Below the pieces are notes generated by a model. It searched no databases, was not told where the DNA came from, and was given only the letters and a program-made list of their open reading frames with translations. Positions 7,776 through 16,836 of a DNA stretch of 64,000 nucleotides are shown here, one piece after another (the first letter of the stretch is position 1; each line of letters begins with the position of its first letter). Source of the stretch: Kiritimatiellia bacterium (GTDB lineage Bacteria > Verrucomicrobiota > Kiritimatiellia > RFP12 > JBMNHG01); contig JBMNHG010000008.1 in the NCBI GenBank assembly GCA_050950285.1, positions 372,001 through 436,000 of the forward strand. Direction: 5' to 3'. Both the position numbers and the translations under genes were made by a program.

Positions 7776-10724
7776 TCACGGCCAGACGCAGCGGTAGAAG
7801 CGTTGCGTATGGGAGGGGGATTGCGGGTCGCGGACGTGGAGCGTGCCGGTGGCGTCGATCGCGGTGTTGGTGAGCGAGGACCAGGCGGCCGTCAGATCGG
7901 AGACCGCCTGCACATGCACCGGGATCGACGCCGTGCCGGCGAGCGTGAAGCCGAACACGCCGTCCTGGAAGCCGATTTCAGCACCGGGGGCCGGCGCGGG
8001 ATTCCACAGCAGGGCGGGCCGGCCACCCAGGCTGGAAGACCAGCCCTCCATCCCCGGCAGGTAGTAGACGGTCGCGGCCGAGTTCGCCAGCGCGTCGGTG
8101 GCTACGGACGGTGCATCGCCCGTGAAAAAGAGCCGTTGCAGTGCGTCGGCGCCGTCGAAGGCTCCGGCTTCGATCGTCGTGATCGATGCGGGCAGGATCA
8201 CGGAAAAGACCGGAGTGTCGGCAAAGGCATTCGAAGCAATGCCCGTGATCGGCCGGCCCTCCCATTCCGAAGGGATTTCCAGCCGTTCGGAGCTTCCGTT
8301 GTAGCCGGTGAGCGTGATGCCTCCGCCGGGATCGGGCCGGTGTTCGTAACGCGGCCGGATGGTCAGGGTGAAGGGCGGCGAACGCATGTGGCAGATCGAG
8401 TTGGTGTCCTGAACGATCGCCGCCAGCGTGTAGCTGCCGGCCTCCAGAGGGGTCTCGATCGGCGTGAAGTGTACAGGCTGGCCCTCGAGCTCCGGATTCA
8501 GGACCTCCTGCAGCCAGAGGGTGTCGATCCAGACCCCGCCGTTGTAATAAAAACTGCCGCTCTCATAGAGGTATTCCAGCCGCAGGTAGATCGGTTGCCC
8601 GGCGTAGGCGTCGAGCGGGATCGCTTGCTCGACCCAATCCGAAGAGCCGCCCTCGCGCCAGATCTCCGCGAAGTTCGAGCGGTCCTGCGAGACCATCAGA
8701 CGGAGACGGTCGTCCGCGAACATGCGCTTCCAGCGCATCAGCAGCCGTGTGCCGGGGCCAGGGGTGACCGGCGTACGAGTGGTCAGATGGTATTCCCCAT
8801 GGCCGCCCGACGGCTTGTAGAAGCAGTGGTCCACGCCGTCGTTGGTGCTGACGACCCAATCTTTGCCATCCGACATGAGGATCGTTTCAAGGTTCGAAAA
8901 ATCGGCGCAGTTGTCGAACACCGTTCGCTGTTCGGTAAACCGGCGCGCGGCGAGCGTGGAGTCCCCGGCGAACAGCGACCAGCGCAACCACGTGCTGGAG
9001 GTAATGCTGAGATCGTCGATCCAGACGCCACCGCCGGTTATGTAGTACGCTCCATCAGTCAATTCAAACCGGATCTGGATCTGCTCTCCGGCAAATGCGC
9101 CGAGATCGACGGTGTGGGACTGCCACTCCGTCACGGTCTTCTTTTTCCATTCGAAAAGGGTGGAATAGGTTTTTCCGCCGTCGCTGGAGACCTTGACTTG
9201 GAACGCCGTATAGAGCAGCCTGTGCCGCGTCCAGAAGGTGAGTTGGCTCGAGGCGTCCGGGACAAAAAAGTCGGTGAGCGTCAGCGTCTTGCCACCGGTT
9301 GGTCCGGCGTACCAGCATAGGCCGGAGCGGCCGTCCGGGCTGAGCTCCCAGCCGCTCGATACGGCATGGTCGAACGTTTCGGCGGTGGAACTCCACGTCG
9401 TGCTATGTGGCGCCAGCCGTTCGATCCGGATGCTCTGGACCTCCTGTTCGCGGATGGCGGGCAGCCGCCATTCGAGGGTCACGGGCTCGTCGTCCAGCGC
9501 CTGTATCGCATCGGCGGTCGGGAGCGCCATCAGCATGGGCTTGAGCGAGGTGCAGCCGTATTCGATCGCGCCGCCAGGAACGCCGCTGGCGGGCCACCAG
9601 CCGTTGTTGTAGCCGCCCCATCCGTAGTTGATGTGGTACGACACGATTCCCCCGTCGTCCAGCAATCCATCCGCCACGACCGCGTGGTTGGGAATCGCGA
9701 TGACGGCCGGGTAGCCCGCGCGAAGGCTGCCCGCCAAATCCGGGAGCAGCGCGGCTTGCGACCATGCGAAACCGATAGGCTCGTAGTAGAAGTATGTGGC
9801 GAGGCGTTTGCCCAGCGTTTCAATGCTTGCGGCGGTGCCGAAGCTCTCGTAATCGGCATCGGCGGCGACACCCAGACGGTACATGAGGTCGGCGACCTCG
9901 ACTTGCCCTGGCTGGAAGGTGCTCCAAGGTTCGTAAGAGGTCTGCATGGCCGCCCAGTTGAAGGGCGTGCCGAAGCAGACGCTGTGCGTGCCGGTGATCG
10001 CCCCGCTGCTGTCGGTGAAAGTGTACGTGCCTTGTCCATGGAGCGGCCAGCGGTGGTAATGGAGAACCTGGGCATAGGCGGCAGGCGTGCAGCCGGTCGG
10101 CACGCGGTATCCGTGGGTTGCGCTGCCGCCGGGGTCGTCGGGACAAAACAGGTTGTACGGGTGGCATTGGTCCCAGGAGGTCTTCAGGTAGGGGCCGTAC
10201 TTCTCGACTCCCGCCGAGGCACGGCTGGCGAGGCGCCGGTAGGAGAGATCCGGTGGAGTCGTGGCGGCCATCTCGCCCAGCGTGGCCGCCGTCGCTTTCA
10301 CATAGGACAACAGGAAGGAACGGAAGGCATTGTCGGGACTGTCGGCCAGATTGACGCTCGACGAGGCGCTGAAGGCGATGACCAGCGGCAGCCGGTCGTC
10401 GCTGTTGAGAACGGCATATCCGTCCGGCGAGAACGTCACGACATAGACGCCGTAGGTGTTGGTGTTGTCGTCTTCGCGGGTGTTGTCGCCTCCGGGGAAT
10501 ATCGCCGTTGACGCAATGTCGCGCTTCGCGACACAGCCCATCACCGGATGGCCGTCCATCCAGACGGACAACCTGCCGAGCGCTTCGTTTTCGCTCAACG
10601 AGGCGCCCAGAGCCGTGAATGCACAGCCGATCACGGCGCATGCCCCTCTGATGAAGGTCGCGTCGGGACGACGATATGGTGCCGGTTTTTTCACTTTGTC
10701 TTCCGAGTCTGGATTCTCTCTCAT
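7776..10724 (-). CDS. C10-family (streptopain-like) cysteine peptidase with prodomain, two beta-sandwich domains, BspA-type LRR segment and FYR-type C-terminal domain
   Basis: TGCTPAAYAQVLHYHRWP (Cys), NHAVVADG (His), YHINYGWGG; NSDDRLPLVIAFS prodomain; ILPASITTIEAGAF LRR; ends QRFYRCVWP; exact start uncertain. Confidence 0.88.
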   Translation of the reverse strand: MRENPDSEDKVKKPAPYRRPDATFIRGACAVIGCAFTALGASLSENEALGRLSVWMDGHPVMGCVAKRDIASTAIFPGGDNTREDDNTNTYGVYVVTFSPDGYAVLNSDDRLPLVIAFSASSSVNLADSPDNAFRSFLLSYVKATAATLGEMAATTPPDLSYRRLASRASAGVEKYGPYLKTSWDQCHPYNLFCPDDPGGSATHGYRVPTGCTPAAYAQVLHYHRWPLHGQGTYTFTDSSGAITGTHSVCFGTPFNWAAMQTSYEPWSTFQPGQVEVADLMYRLGVAADADYESFGTAASIETLGKRLATYFYYEPIGFAWSQAALLPDLAGSLRAGYPAVIAIPNHAVVADGLLDDGGIVSYHINYGWGGYNNGWWPASGVPGGAIEYGCTSLKPMLMALPTADAIQALDDEPVTLEWRLPAIREQEVQSIRIERLAPHSTTWSSTAETFDHAVSSGWELSPDGRSGLCWYAGPTGGKTLTLTDFFVPDASSQLTFWTRHRLLYTAFQVKVSSDGGKTYSTLFEWKKKTVTEWQSHTVDLGAFAGEQIQIRFELTDGAYYITGGGVWIDDLSITSSTWLRWSLFAGDSTLAARRFTEQRTVFDNCADFSNLETILMSDGKDWVVSTNDGVDHCFYKPSGGHGEYHLTTRTPVTPGPGTRLLMRWKRMFADDRLRLMVSQDRSNFAEIWREGGSSDWVEQAIPLDAYAGQPIYLRLEYLYESGSFYYNGGVWIDTLWLQEVLNPELEGQPVHFTPIETPLEAGSYTLAAIVQDTNSICHMRSPPFTLTIRPRYEHRPDPGGGITLTGYNGSSERLEIPSEWEGRPITGIASNAFADTPVFSVILPASITTIEAGAFDGADALQRLFFTGDAPSVATDALANSAATVYYLPGMEGWSSSLGGRPALLWNPAPAPGAEIGFQDGVFGFTLAGTASIPVHVQAVSDLTAAWSSLTNTAIDATGTLHVRDPQSPSHTQRFYRCVWP

Positions 10725-10907
10725 TCCAGGATCATCCACGCCTGTATGAGTACGGTGCCCGCCTTGCCATCGCGTTGGCGCTGCCGAAGGCAAGGATGCG
10801 CCGTTGAAATAGGATCATAGCATGAGACGGCAGGCCGCACAAGAATTTAACGGGGGGGTGTAGTCGATCGGGAAACGCCGGGCCCGAGCCTGGTCCAAGA
10901 CTAAGAA

Positions 10908-10936
10908 TTGACGCTTTCGAGCGCACCTTGTATAAT
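10908..10936 (+). promoter_or_regulatory. Sigma70-type promoter upstream of C25 peptidase gene
   Basis: TTGACG-17 nt-TATAAT in an AT-rich gap. Confidence 0.75.
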
Positions 10937-11067
10937 AAAAATCAATGATGAAAACGGGGATCGGTTCCCGTATCGCAATCGTCGAACGATCGTGACAGCG
11001 ATTGTCCCGCTTCAGTTGCCGGCATCGATGGATGCCGGCTGCAAACGTCGTAAACGAACCAAAAAAA

Positions 11068-13809
11068 ATGGGCAAGCGAGAGAAACAAATCGTGAAGCGA
11101 AGCAGCATGTTGCCGATCCTGTTGGCAGCATGCCCGCTGGCGGCGGCCCCTGTGGCGGCGCCGGAACGTGCGCCGGCCTATGTCCCGGAGGTCTCCGTTG
11201 TCCGGTTCGACGCCTCCGTGGCGCCGGACGGCAAGGTCTGGCTCGACTGGCGCACGGGCATCGAGCTGGGCACGGGCGTGTTCCGGGCCGAGCGCGAGGC
11301 GCCCGACGGCACCTGGGCGCTGGCGGGCGAGGGCTATCTGCCGATGCGCGGCGAGGAGGAGGACGGGGACGACGACGCCTACCGGCTGCACGATCCCGCG
11401 GCGCACGAGGGAGAGACGGCACGCTATCGCCTGACCTTCATGACGCCCGGTGGCGAGGAGTGGGAGGCGGCCGCCTGGCAGGGGCGCCTGGCCCGCATGG
11501 CGGAGCCCCCGCGCAAGGCAGCCGCCGGCGCGGCGCCCGATGCCGCTGTCCCGCTGGCCTCTCCGCCCGAGCCCCAGGACTGGATCGGCAACGTTTCGCG
11601 CGTAAAGCCCTGGAGCGGGGCGGAACCCGCCGACCGCGTGCGGCTCAGCCTGAGGACGACCGGAATCTACCGCGTCACCGCCGCGGAACTGGCGGCGGCC
11701 TCCGGCTGGAACGAAACCGATGTGCTGCAGGCCATCGCGACGACCAATCTGACCCTCTCGTGCCAGGGAAGCCCGGTGGCCTGGCTGGCGGATGGCGACG
11801 CCCTCCTCTTCCACGGCGAGCCGCCAACCACCTGCATGGCGCCCGAAAACGTCTACTGGGTCGCGCCCGGCACGGGCACGGCCATGGCGGCGGCGGCGCC
11901 CGAATGGCCGCAGCAGCCGGCCACCAACGCCTGGTTCCCCGAATCGCTGTCCTACCAGGGAACCAACCACCTGACGCGGGTCAGCTACAACTCGCGCACC
12001 GACCTCCCGTTTACCACCTACGGGCAACGTTCCAGCACAAGCAAGGACAAGAACATCAACACCGTCGAGGCGGTCTATGATCCCGCGCCGGGTTCCTGGA
12101 CCGGCACGGTCAGCGTGGCGCTCCTTTCGTACTTCGAGAACACCTCGGCGGACGACCATGCGGTGGCGGTTTCCGTCGGCGGGGTGTCGGTGGGATCCGC
12201 CGCGTGGTCGGGCGAGCAGTTGCTGACGTGCGCCTTCCCGTTCCCCTCTTCCTCGCTCGGCGGGCAGAGCGCCGCGATCACCGTGCGCCACACGGCCGCG
12301 TCACCGCCGCTGATGACGACGGACTACACCCGTTTCGTCTGGCTCTCCTGCGAACTGGACTATCCGCGCGCCTACCGTGCCCGCAGGGACGCCCTGCTCT
12401 GCCGCGGAGGCGACGGCAACCTCTCCGCCGTCACGGGATTCTCCACGAACGATGTGGTGGCGCTCGACGTGACGGAACCCCGATCGCCGGTCGTGGTCGC
12501 ATCGACAGAACTCTCCTGGGAGGGGGCGGAGGCCGGTTGGACGGCCGCCTTCCCTTCGGGCGGAACGGGCGCCACCTACCAGGTCTTCTCCCGCAGCGCG
12601 GGGGTGCGGCGGCCGTCGGTGCGCGGCGTTCGGAGCTTCGACGCGGCCGACTTCAACGGCGTTGCCCACGTCATCCTCGTTCCGCCCGAGGGGTGGTGCG
12701 ACGGTTTCCGCGAGGCGGCGCAGCCGCTGGCGGAGTTCCGTACGGCGGAGGGGCTGCCGTCGGTGGTCGTGGATGTCGAGACGCTCTACGACGAGTTCAG
12801 CCACGGCCTGGTGGACACGGAGGCGATCCAGGCCTTCTGCAGCGAGCTGAAGCCGCGGGGGCTGCGCTACCTGCTGCTGGCCGGTGCGGGGGCTGTCGAC
12901 TTCCGGCACGAGCGGCTCACCGTTGGCGACTATACCGCCTGTTTGATCCCCACCTGCCTCGGCGGCCAGCGTTTCCCCTACTCCGGCGAGGACATGGTGG
13001 CCGCGCTGGATGGCGAACTGGCCGACGTGGACGACGATAACATCCCGGATCTGGCCATCGGCAGGATCCCCACCTCGTATCCGCAACAGGTGGCCACGGT
13101 CGTGCAGAAGACGCTGGCCTTCGAGCAGGAACGCCGGTGGCGGGAGATGGCGGTGCTCACGGCCGACTGGGACTGTACCGGCGTCAAGTACAAGGAATAT
13201 CCCTTCAGCAACGGCACGGAGAGGCTGGTCGCACCGCTTTCTGCCCACGGGCGGAATGTCGAGAGGTTCTACACCAGCGACCCCGATGGCTCTCTGGCGG
13301 ATGTACGGATCAACCATCTCTTCCCCGCCTTGCGCACCGGCGCCACGCTTTTCCATTTCTTCGGCCATGCGAACGAACTCCGGCTCGGCTACCGTGCCGG
13401 GTACGACAGCCTGCTGCGCAATACCGACATCAAGTCCTCGAACTGGCAGAAGCCCGTGATCGCCGTCTGCATGAGTTGTCTGCCCAACCGCTGGCACGCG
13501 CTGTCCGCCTCCTCGACCCCCAAGGTCCTGCTTCCGTATGGCCTGATGGCCGCCGGCACCGGATTTGTTGCGGGCATCGGCCCTACCGCCTACCAGCTTA
13601 GCGACGAAGGGGAGGAGTTGGCGGTCCAGTTCTACTCCGGAATCAACGGGGAAGGCGTTTATCGGCTGGGCGACCTCTGGCTGCACGGCCTGCGCAGCCG
13701 TGGCTCCGTCGTGCCGCGGGAGCGCCTGTTGTGCGTCAGCCTCGTCGGCGACCCCGCCGTGCGCTTCGACCAGATTTCCAGTCCCGCGACGATCATCATC
13801 CTGCGGTAG
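11068..13809 (+). CDS. C25-family (gingipain/PorU-like) cysteine peptidase
   Basis: TGIYRVT, VVVDVETLYDEFSHG, YLLLAG, PDLAIGRIP, FFGHAN (His), MSCLPN (Cys), LVGDPA; signal-peptide-like N-terminus; alternative start 11107. Confidence 0.88.
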   Translation: MGKREKQIVKRSSMLPILLAACPLAAAPVAAPERAPAYVPEVSVVRFDASVAPDGKVWLDWRTGIELGTGVFRAEREAPDGTWALAGEGYLPMRGEEEDGDDDAYRLHDPAAHEGETARYRLTFMTPGGEEWEAAAWQGRLARMAEPPRKAAAGAAPDAAVPLASPPEPQDWIGNVSRVKPWSGAEPADRVRLSLRTTGIYRVTAAELAAASGWNETDVLQAIATTNLTLSCQGSPVAWLADGDALLFHGEPPTTCMAPENVYWVAPGTGTAMAAAAPEWPQQPATNAWFPESLSYQGTNHLTRVSYNSRTDLPFTTYGQRSSTSKDKNINTVEAVYDPAPGSWTGTVSVALLSYFENTSADDHAVAVSVGGVSVGSAAWSGEQLLTCAFPFPSSSLGGQSAAITVRHTAASPPLMTTDYTRFVWLSCELDYPRAYRARRDALLCRGGDGNLSAVTGFSTNDVVALDVTEPRSPVVVASTELSWEGAEAGWTAAFPSGGTGATYQVFSRSAGVRRPSVRGVRSFDAADFNGVAHVILVPPEGWCDGFREAAQPLAEFRTAEGLPSVVVDVETLYDEFSHGLVDTEAIQAFCSELKPRGLRYLLLAGAGAVDFRHERLTVGDYTACLIPTCLGGQRFPYSGEDMVAALDGELADVDDDNIPDLAIGRIPTSYPQQVATVVQKTLAFEQERRWREMAVLTADWDCTGVKYKEYPFSNGTERLVAPLSAHGRNVERFYTSDPDGSLADVRINHLFPALRTGATLFHFFGHANELRLGYRAGYDSLLRNTDIKSSNWQKPVIAVCMSCLPNRWHALSASSTPKVLLPYGLMAAGTGFVAGIGPTAYQLSDEGEELAVQFYSGINGEGVYRLGDLWLHGLRSRGSVVPRERLLCVSLVGDPAVRFDQISSPATIIILR

Positions 13810-13908
13810 CCCATGGAAACCCTCTGCCAGCGACGGGCCAACGTCGCGCCGCGCACCATGGCCGGGCGCCGGTCCCGGGAAGAAAACGGTAAAAAACAAA
13901 AATGGGGG

Positions 13909-13937
13909 TTGCCAACGAGAAGCCAAAGGGTTACTAT
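13909..13937 (+). promoter_or_regulatory. Sigma70-type promoter upstream of the small peptide gene
   Basis: TTGCCA-17 nt-TACTAT preceded by an A-rich UP-like tract. Confidence 0.6.
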
Positions 13938-13978
13938 GACAATTCCCACGTGGAATTTCATTGTTGGGAGCAGGCGTT

Positions 13979-14128
13979 ATGAACGAAGAACCAAACGACT
14001 TCACGTACACGGCGCCCCAGGTCACCGAGGAGTACTTCGACTCCGGCGGCAACTACGTCGATACCCCGTACACGGGTTCGGAGCCGTACGGCAACTCGCC
14101 CGTTGATCCGGGAGAAGGAGACGGTTGA
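13979..14128 (+). CDS. 49-aa acidic peptide, candidate RiPP-type precursor (MNEEPNDFTYTAPQVTEEYFDSGGNYVDTPYTGSEPYGNSPVDPGEGDG)
   Basis: Hand-translated and absent from the ORF track; GGGAG 8 nt before ATG, promoter upstream, GC3-rich codons, YTAPQV leader-like motif, stop overlaps next start. Confidence 0.75.
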   Translation: MNEEPNDFTYTAPQVTEEYFDSGGNYVDTPYTGSEPYGNSPVDPGEGDG

Positions 14129-15138
14129 TCCTCCCGGGGCTTCCGATGTGCCGCCAGGCCTCCGCTTGCGGCGGTTGCATCGGGCCTCGGGAATCGCCCC
14201 CCGTGAACGCCATGCCCCACGGCGCTGCACTTCCGGCTGTGAACGGAATGCGGGTGGCCGGCATACATTTTTCCTTTTGCAACCCTCTCGACGCCTCACT
14301 CCTCCTACCCTCTTTCCAGCCGTTCCTCACGCAGGCCGGCCCCGCCGATCTGACCTGTTCCGTCGCGGGCCCGGAACTCGATGATGCCTTGGCCCGGATG
14401 CCTGTGGCCCCGGATGAACCGTGGGCCTTCAAGCGCACCGCGGACGGCTTCGAGGTGATTCGACGCAACCGAGCGGGGCATGTGCTCTGGCGGATCACCG
14501 GGCCCGATCCCTTCGAATCCGCCACCATCCTGTGGCACCCCGAACGGTTCATCCGATACTACGGCTCGTTCGAGCGCACGCTGGGGCAGGGCATCGGACT
14601 CGTGCTGCTCACGTTGCGCCTGCTGACGCACCGGGGCTTCGTGCTGCACGCCTCGGCGGCGGAACTGGACGGCGCGGGCATCCTCTGCGCCGGGGTCTCG
14701 GGCCGCGGGAAGAGCACGCTGGCGCGGCTGCTCGACAGCGCCGGCGCGACGGTGCTGAGCGACGAGCGCCCCGTGGTGCGCCAGTGGCCGATACCCGGCG
14801 CGGACGCCGCGCCGCCGCCCCCGACCTTCCGCGTCTATGGTTCGCCCTGGCCGAGTTCGGCCAACATGGCCCGCAACGCCTGGGTGCCGCTGCGGCGCAT
14901 CTATTTTCTCGAGCACGGCAGCGACAACCGGATCACGCCGCTGGAACCCATCGAGGCGCTGCGCCGCCTCATCCCCGTCGCGACGGTTCCCTGGCAGTCG
15001 CCCGAACTGCTCGACCCCCTGCTGGAAACCATCGGCGCGCTGGTCGCCGGCATCCCCTGTGCCGTGTTCTCCTTCCGCCCGGAGCCCGACGCGGTGGAGG
15101 CCATCCGCGACGACCTCGCCAACGGCCGGAACGAATGA
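14125..15138 (+). CDS. HPr-kinase-like P-loop protein (peptide-kinase / ScmC-like group)
   Basis: LHASAA..GILCAGVSGRGKSTLARL, VLSDERPVVR, VYGSPW, PLRRIYFLEH; start may be further downstream (14212 or 14248). Confidence 0.8.
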   Translation: MILPGLPMCRQASACGGCIGPRESPPVNAMPHGAALPAVNGMRVAGIHFSFCNPLDASLLLPSFQPFLTQAGPADLTCSVAGPELDDALARMPVAPDEPWAFKRTADGFEVIRRNRAGHVLWRITGPDPFESATILWHPERFIRYYGSFERTLGQGIGLVLLTLRLLTHRGFVLHASAAELDGAGILCAGVSGRGKSTLARLLDSAGATVLSDERPVVRQWPIPGADAAPPPPTFRVYGSPWPSSANMARNAWVPLRRIYFLEHGSDNRITPLEPIEALRRLIPVATVPWQSPELLDPLLETIGALVAGIPCAVFSFRPEPDAVEAIRDDLANGRNE

Positions 15139-15293
15139 AGCGCGATGCACACGAATAAGCACCTTCCCGATCGGCGTTCATCGGCGTTCCTTCGCGGTTG
15201 ATCGATTCGCGGGGATTCGTGTTCCTTGGAGATTGGACCGATGCTGAAGCTTGTGGCCGGCGGCCGAGGCGGCAGGGGCGGCGAACCCGGGGG

Positions 15294-16106
15294 TCAATCG
15301 CGGGGCAGGCCCGACGGGCTGGCGTCGGGCTGGCGGACGATGTGGACGTCTCCGGCGACGATGGGGAGGAGGGTGCCGCCGGGCTGGCGGAGGAGGAGTT
15401 CGCCGGATTCGGCGATGCCGGCGGCGACGCCGTGTTCCGTCCGGCTGCCGGACTCGATGGCGAGGGCGCGGCCTTCCAGCGCGTCCCTGGCCTGGAGTTC
15501 CGCCAGGAACGGGGACAGACCTCGGACCTCCCAGGCGTCGCGCATGGCAAGGAGCTCGTCCCGAAGCCGGAGAAGAAAGTCCCGGCGATCCCACTCGCGG
15601 CCTGTTTCGATGGAGAGGGAGGTGACGGATGGACGGAGCGCCTCGGGGAAGTCCTCGTGGCGGGAGTTCATGTTCACGCCGATTCCCGCGATGATGCGGG
15701 GTGGTGCGCCTGGGGGTTTCGGCGCGACTTCGCAGAGGATTCCGCAGAGCTTGCGGTCGTGGCACCAGACGTCGTTCGGCCATTTGATGGCGATGTCGGG
15801 GGCGATGTCGGGGGCGAGGCGCGCGATGGTCCGGGCCACGGCCAGTCCGGCCAGGAGGGGGAGGGTGCAGAGGCGGTCGGGCGGGGCGTCCGTTTCGAGG
15901 AGGATGGAGGCGGCGAGGTTGAGTCCGGGCGGCGAGACCCAGCGATGGCCGAGGCGCCCGCGGCCGGCGGTCTGGGCGTCCGCGGCGAGGGTGGCGCCGT
16001 CGGGTGCGCCGTCCTTCGACCAGAGCGCGAGGGCGTCGTTGGTGGAGTCGACGGTGTCGAGCCAGCGGAGGGTGTCGCCGGGCTGCGGGGATGTCGTTCG
16101 GTTCAT
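15294..16106 (-). CDS. birA: Biotin--[acetyl-CoA-carboxylase] ligase
   Basis: DSTN, QTAGRGRLG, IKWPND, KLCGIL, GIGVN; ATGA overlap with upstream gene. Confidence 0.93.
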   Translation of the reverse strand: MNRTTSPQPGDTLRWLDTVDSTNDALALWSKDGAPDGATLAADAQTAGRGRLGHRWVSPPGLNLAASILLETDAPPDRLCTLPLLAGLAVARTIARLAPDIAPDIAIKWPNDVWCHDRKLCGILCEVAPKPPGAPPRIIAGIGVNMNSRHEDFPEALRPSVTSLSIETGREWDRRDFLLRLRDELLAMRDAWEVRGLSPFLAELQARDALEGRALAIESGSRTEHGVAAGIAESGELLLRQPGGTLLPIVAGDVHIVRQPDASPSGLPRD

Positions 16107-16816
16107 GTCGTCCGTCTTTTCCATCGTGCGCGGATCGTCCGGCAGATTGTCCGGAGCGCCAGGGGCGGCACGAAAGCGTAGAAGACCAGCCGGACGGGGT
16201 CGTTGAAGAGGGCGGGGAAGAGGCGTCCGTCCAGGGCGTAGCGGAGGAGGAAGAGGAGCGAGAGGGCGGAGAGGGCGGGGGCGAGGGCCGAGGTGCGCGT
16301 CGGGACGGCCTCCTCCATCACGAGGCGCTGGGCTTTGGAGGGGTGCGGCGTGAGCCGGAGCGTGCGCTCCGTCTCCTCCACGCGCACGGGCGTGGGCGTC
16401 CGGAGCGAGAGGGGGACGGTGGGGACGGGCCTGGGACGCTTGGGGCTTGTCTCCGCTTGGACGGTGATGCCTCTGGCGGAGAAGTGGACGGCGTAAGGGT
16501 GTCCGGGGCAAGGATGCAGGCGGATGGCAGACGCCGTGTTTCCGGCGAGGGTCCGGGCGAGGGCGCCGGCGATTCCGCGGGCGACGAGGTTCCAATCCGG
16601 CGAGAGGGGGTCGGGGACGATGTCGCAGGCGAGGGGATTCGCCTTGGGCGGGTGCTTGCGCCTGCCGAGGCGATTCCGGGCGAGGGCGGTGGCCAGGGGG
16701 ACCAGGGCGGCGGCGAGGAACGCCGCGAGCGGGGCGTCGCGCCCGCCCAGGATCGCGACGAGCGCGAGGGCGGGGAGCAGCGTCCAAAACGGGGAGGCGG
16801 GCGGATGGGGTGCCAC
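16103..16816 (-). CDS. Hypothetical membrane protein
   Basis: Two hydrophobic segments at each end; fills guaB-birA gap with ATGA coupling; GTG start inferred. Confidence 0.6.
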   Translation of the reverse strand: MAPHPPASPFWTLLPALALVAILGGRDAPLAAFLAAALVPLATALARNRLGRRKHPPKANPLACDIVPDPLSPDWNLVARGIAGALARTLAGNTASAIRLHPCPGHPYAVHFSARGITVQAETSPKRPRPVPTVPLSLRTPTPVRVEETERTLRLTPHPSKAQRLVMEEAVPTRTSALAPALSALSLLFLLRYALDGRLFPALFNDPVRLVFYAFVPPLALRTICRTIRARWKRRTT

Positions 16817-16836
16817 GGAGGCGGGCCGGGGGGGGA

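Noticed and set aside
13979..14128. Calling the peptide a canonical lasso precursor
   Set aside because: No adjacent cyclase, B1 or B2 genes. The best Thr(-2) register puts the acceptor Asp at position 10, outside the usual 7-9.
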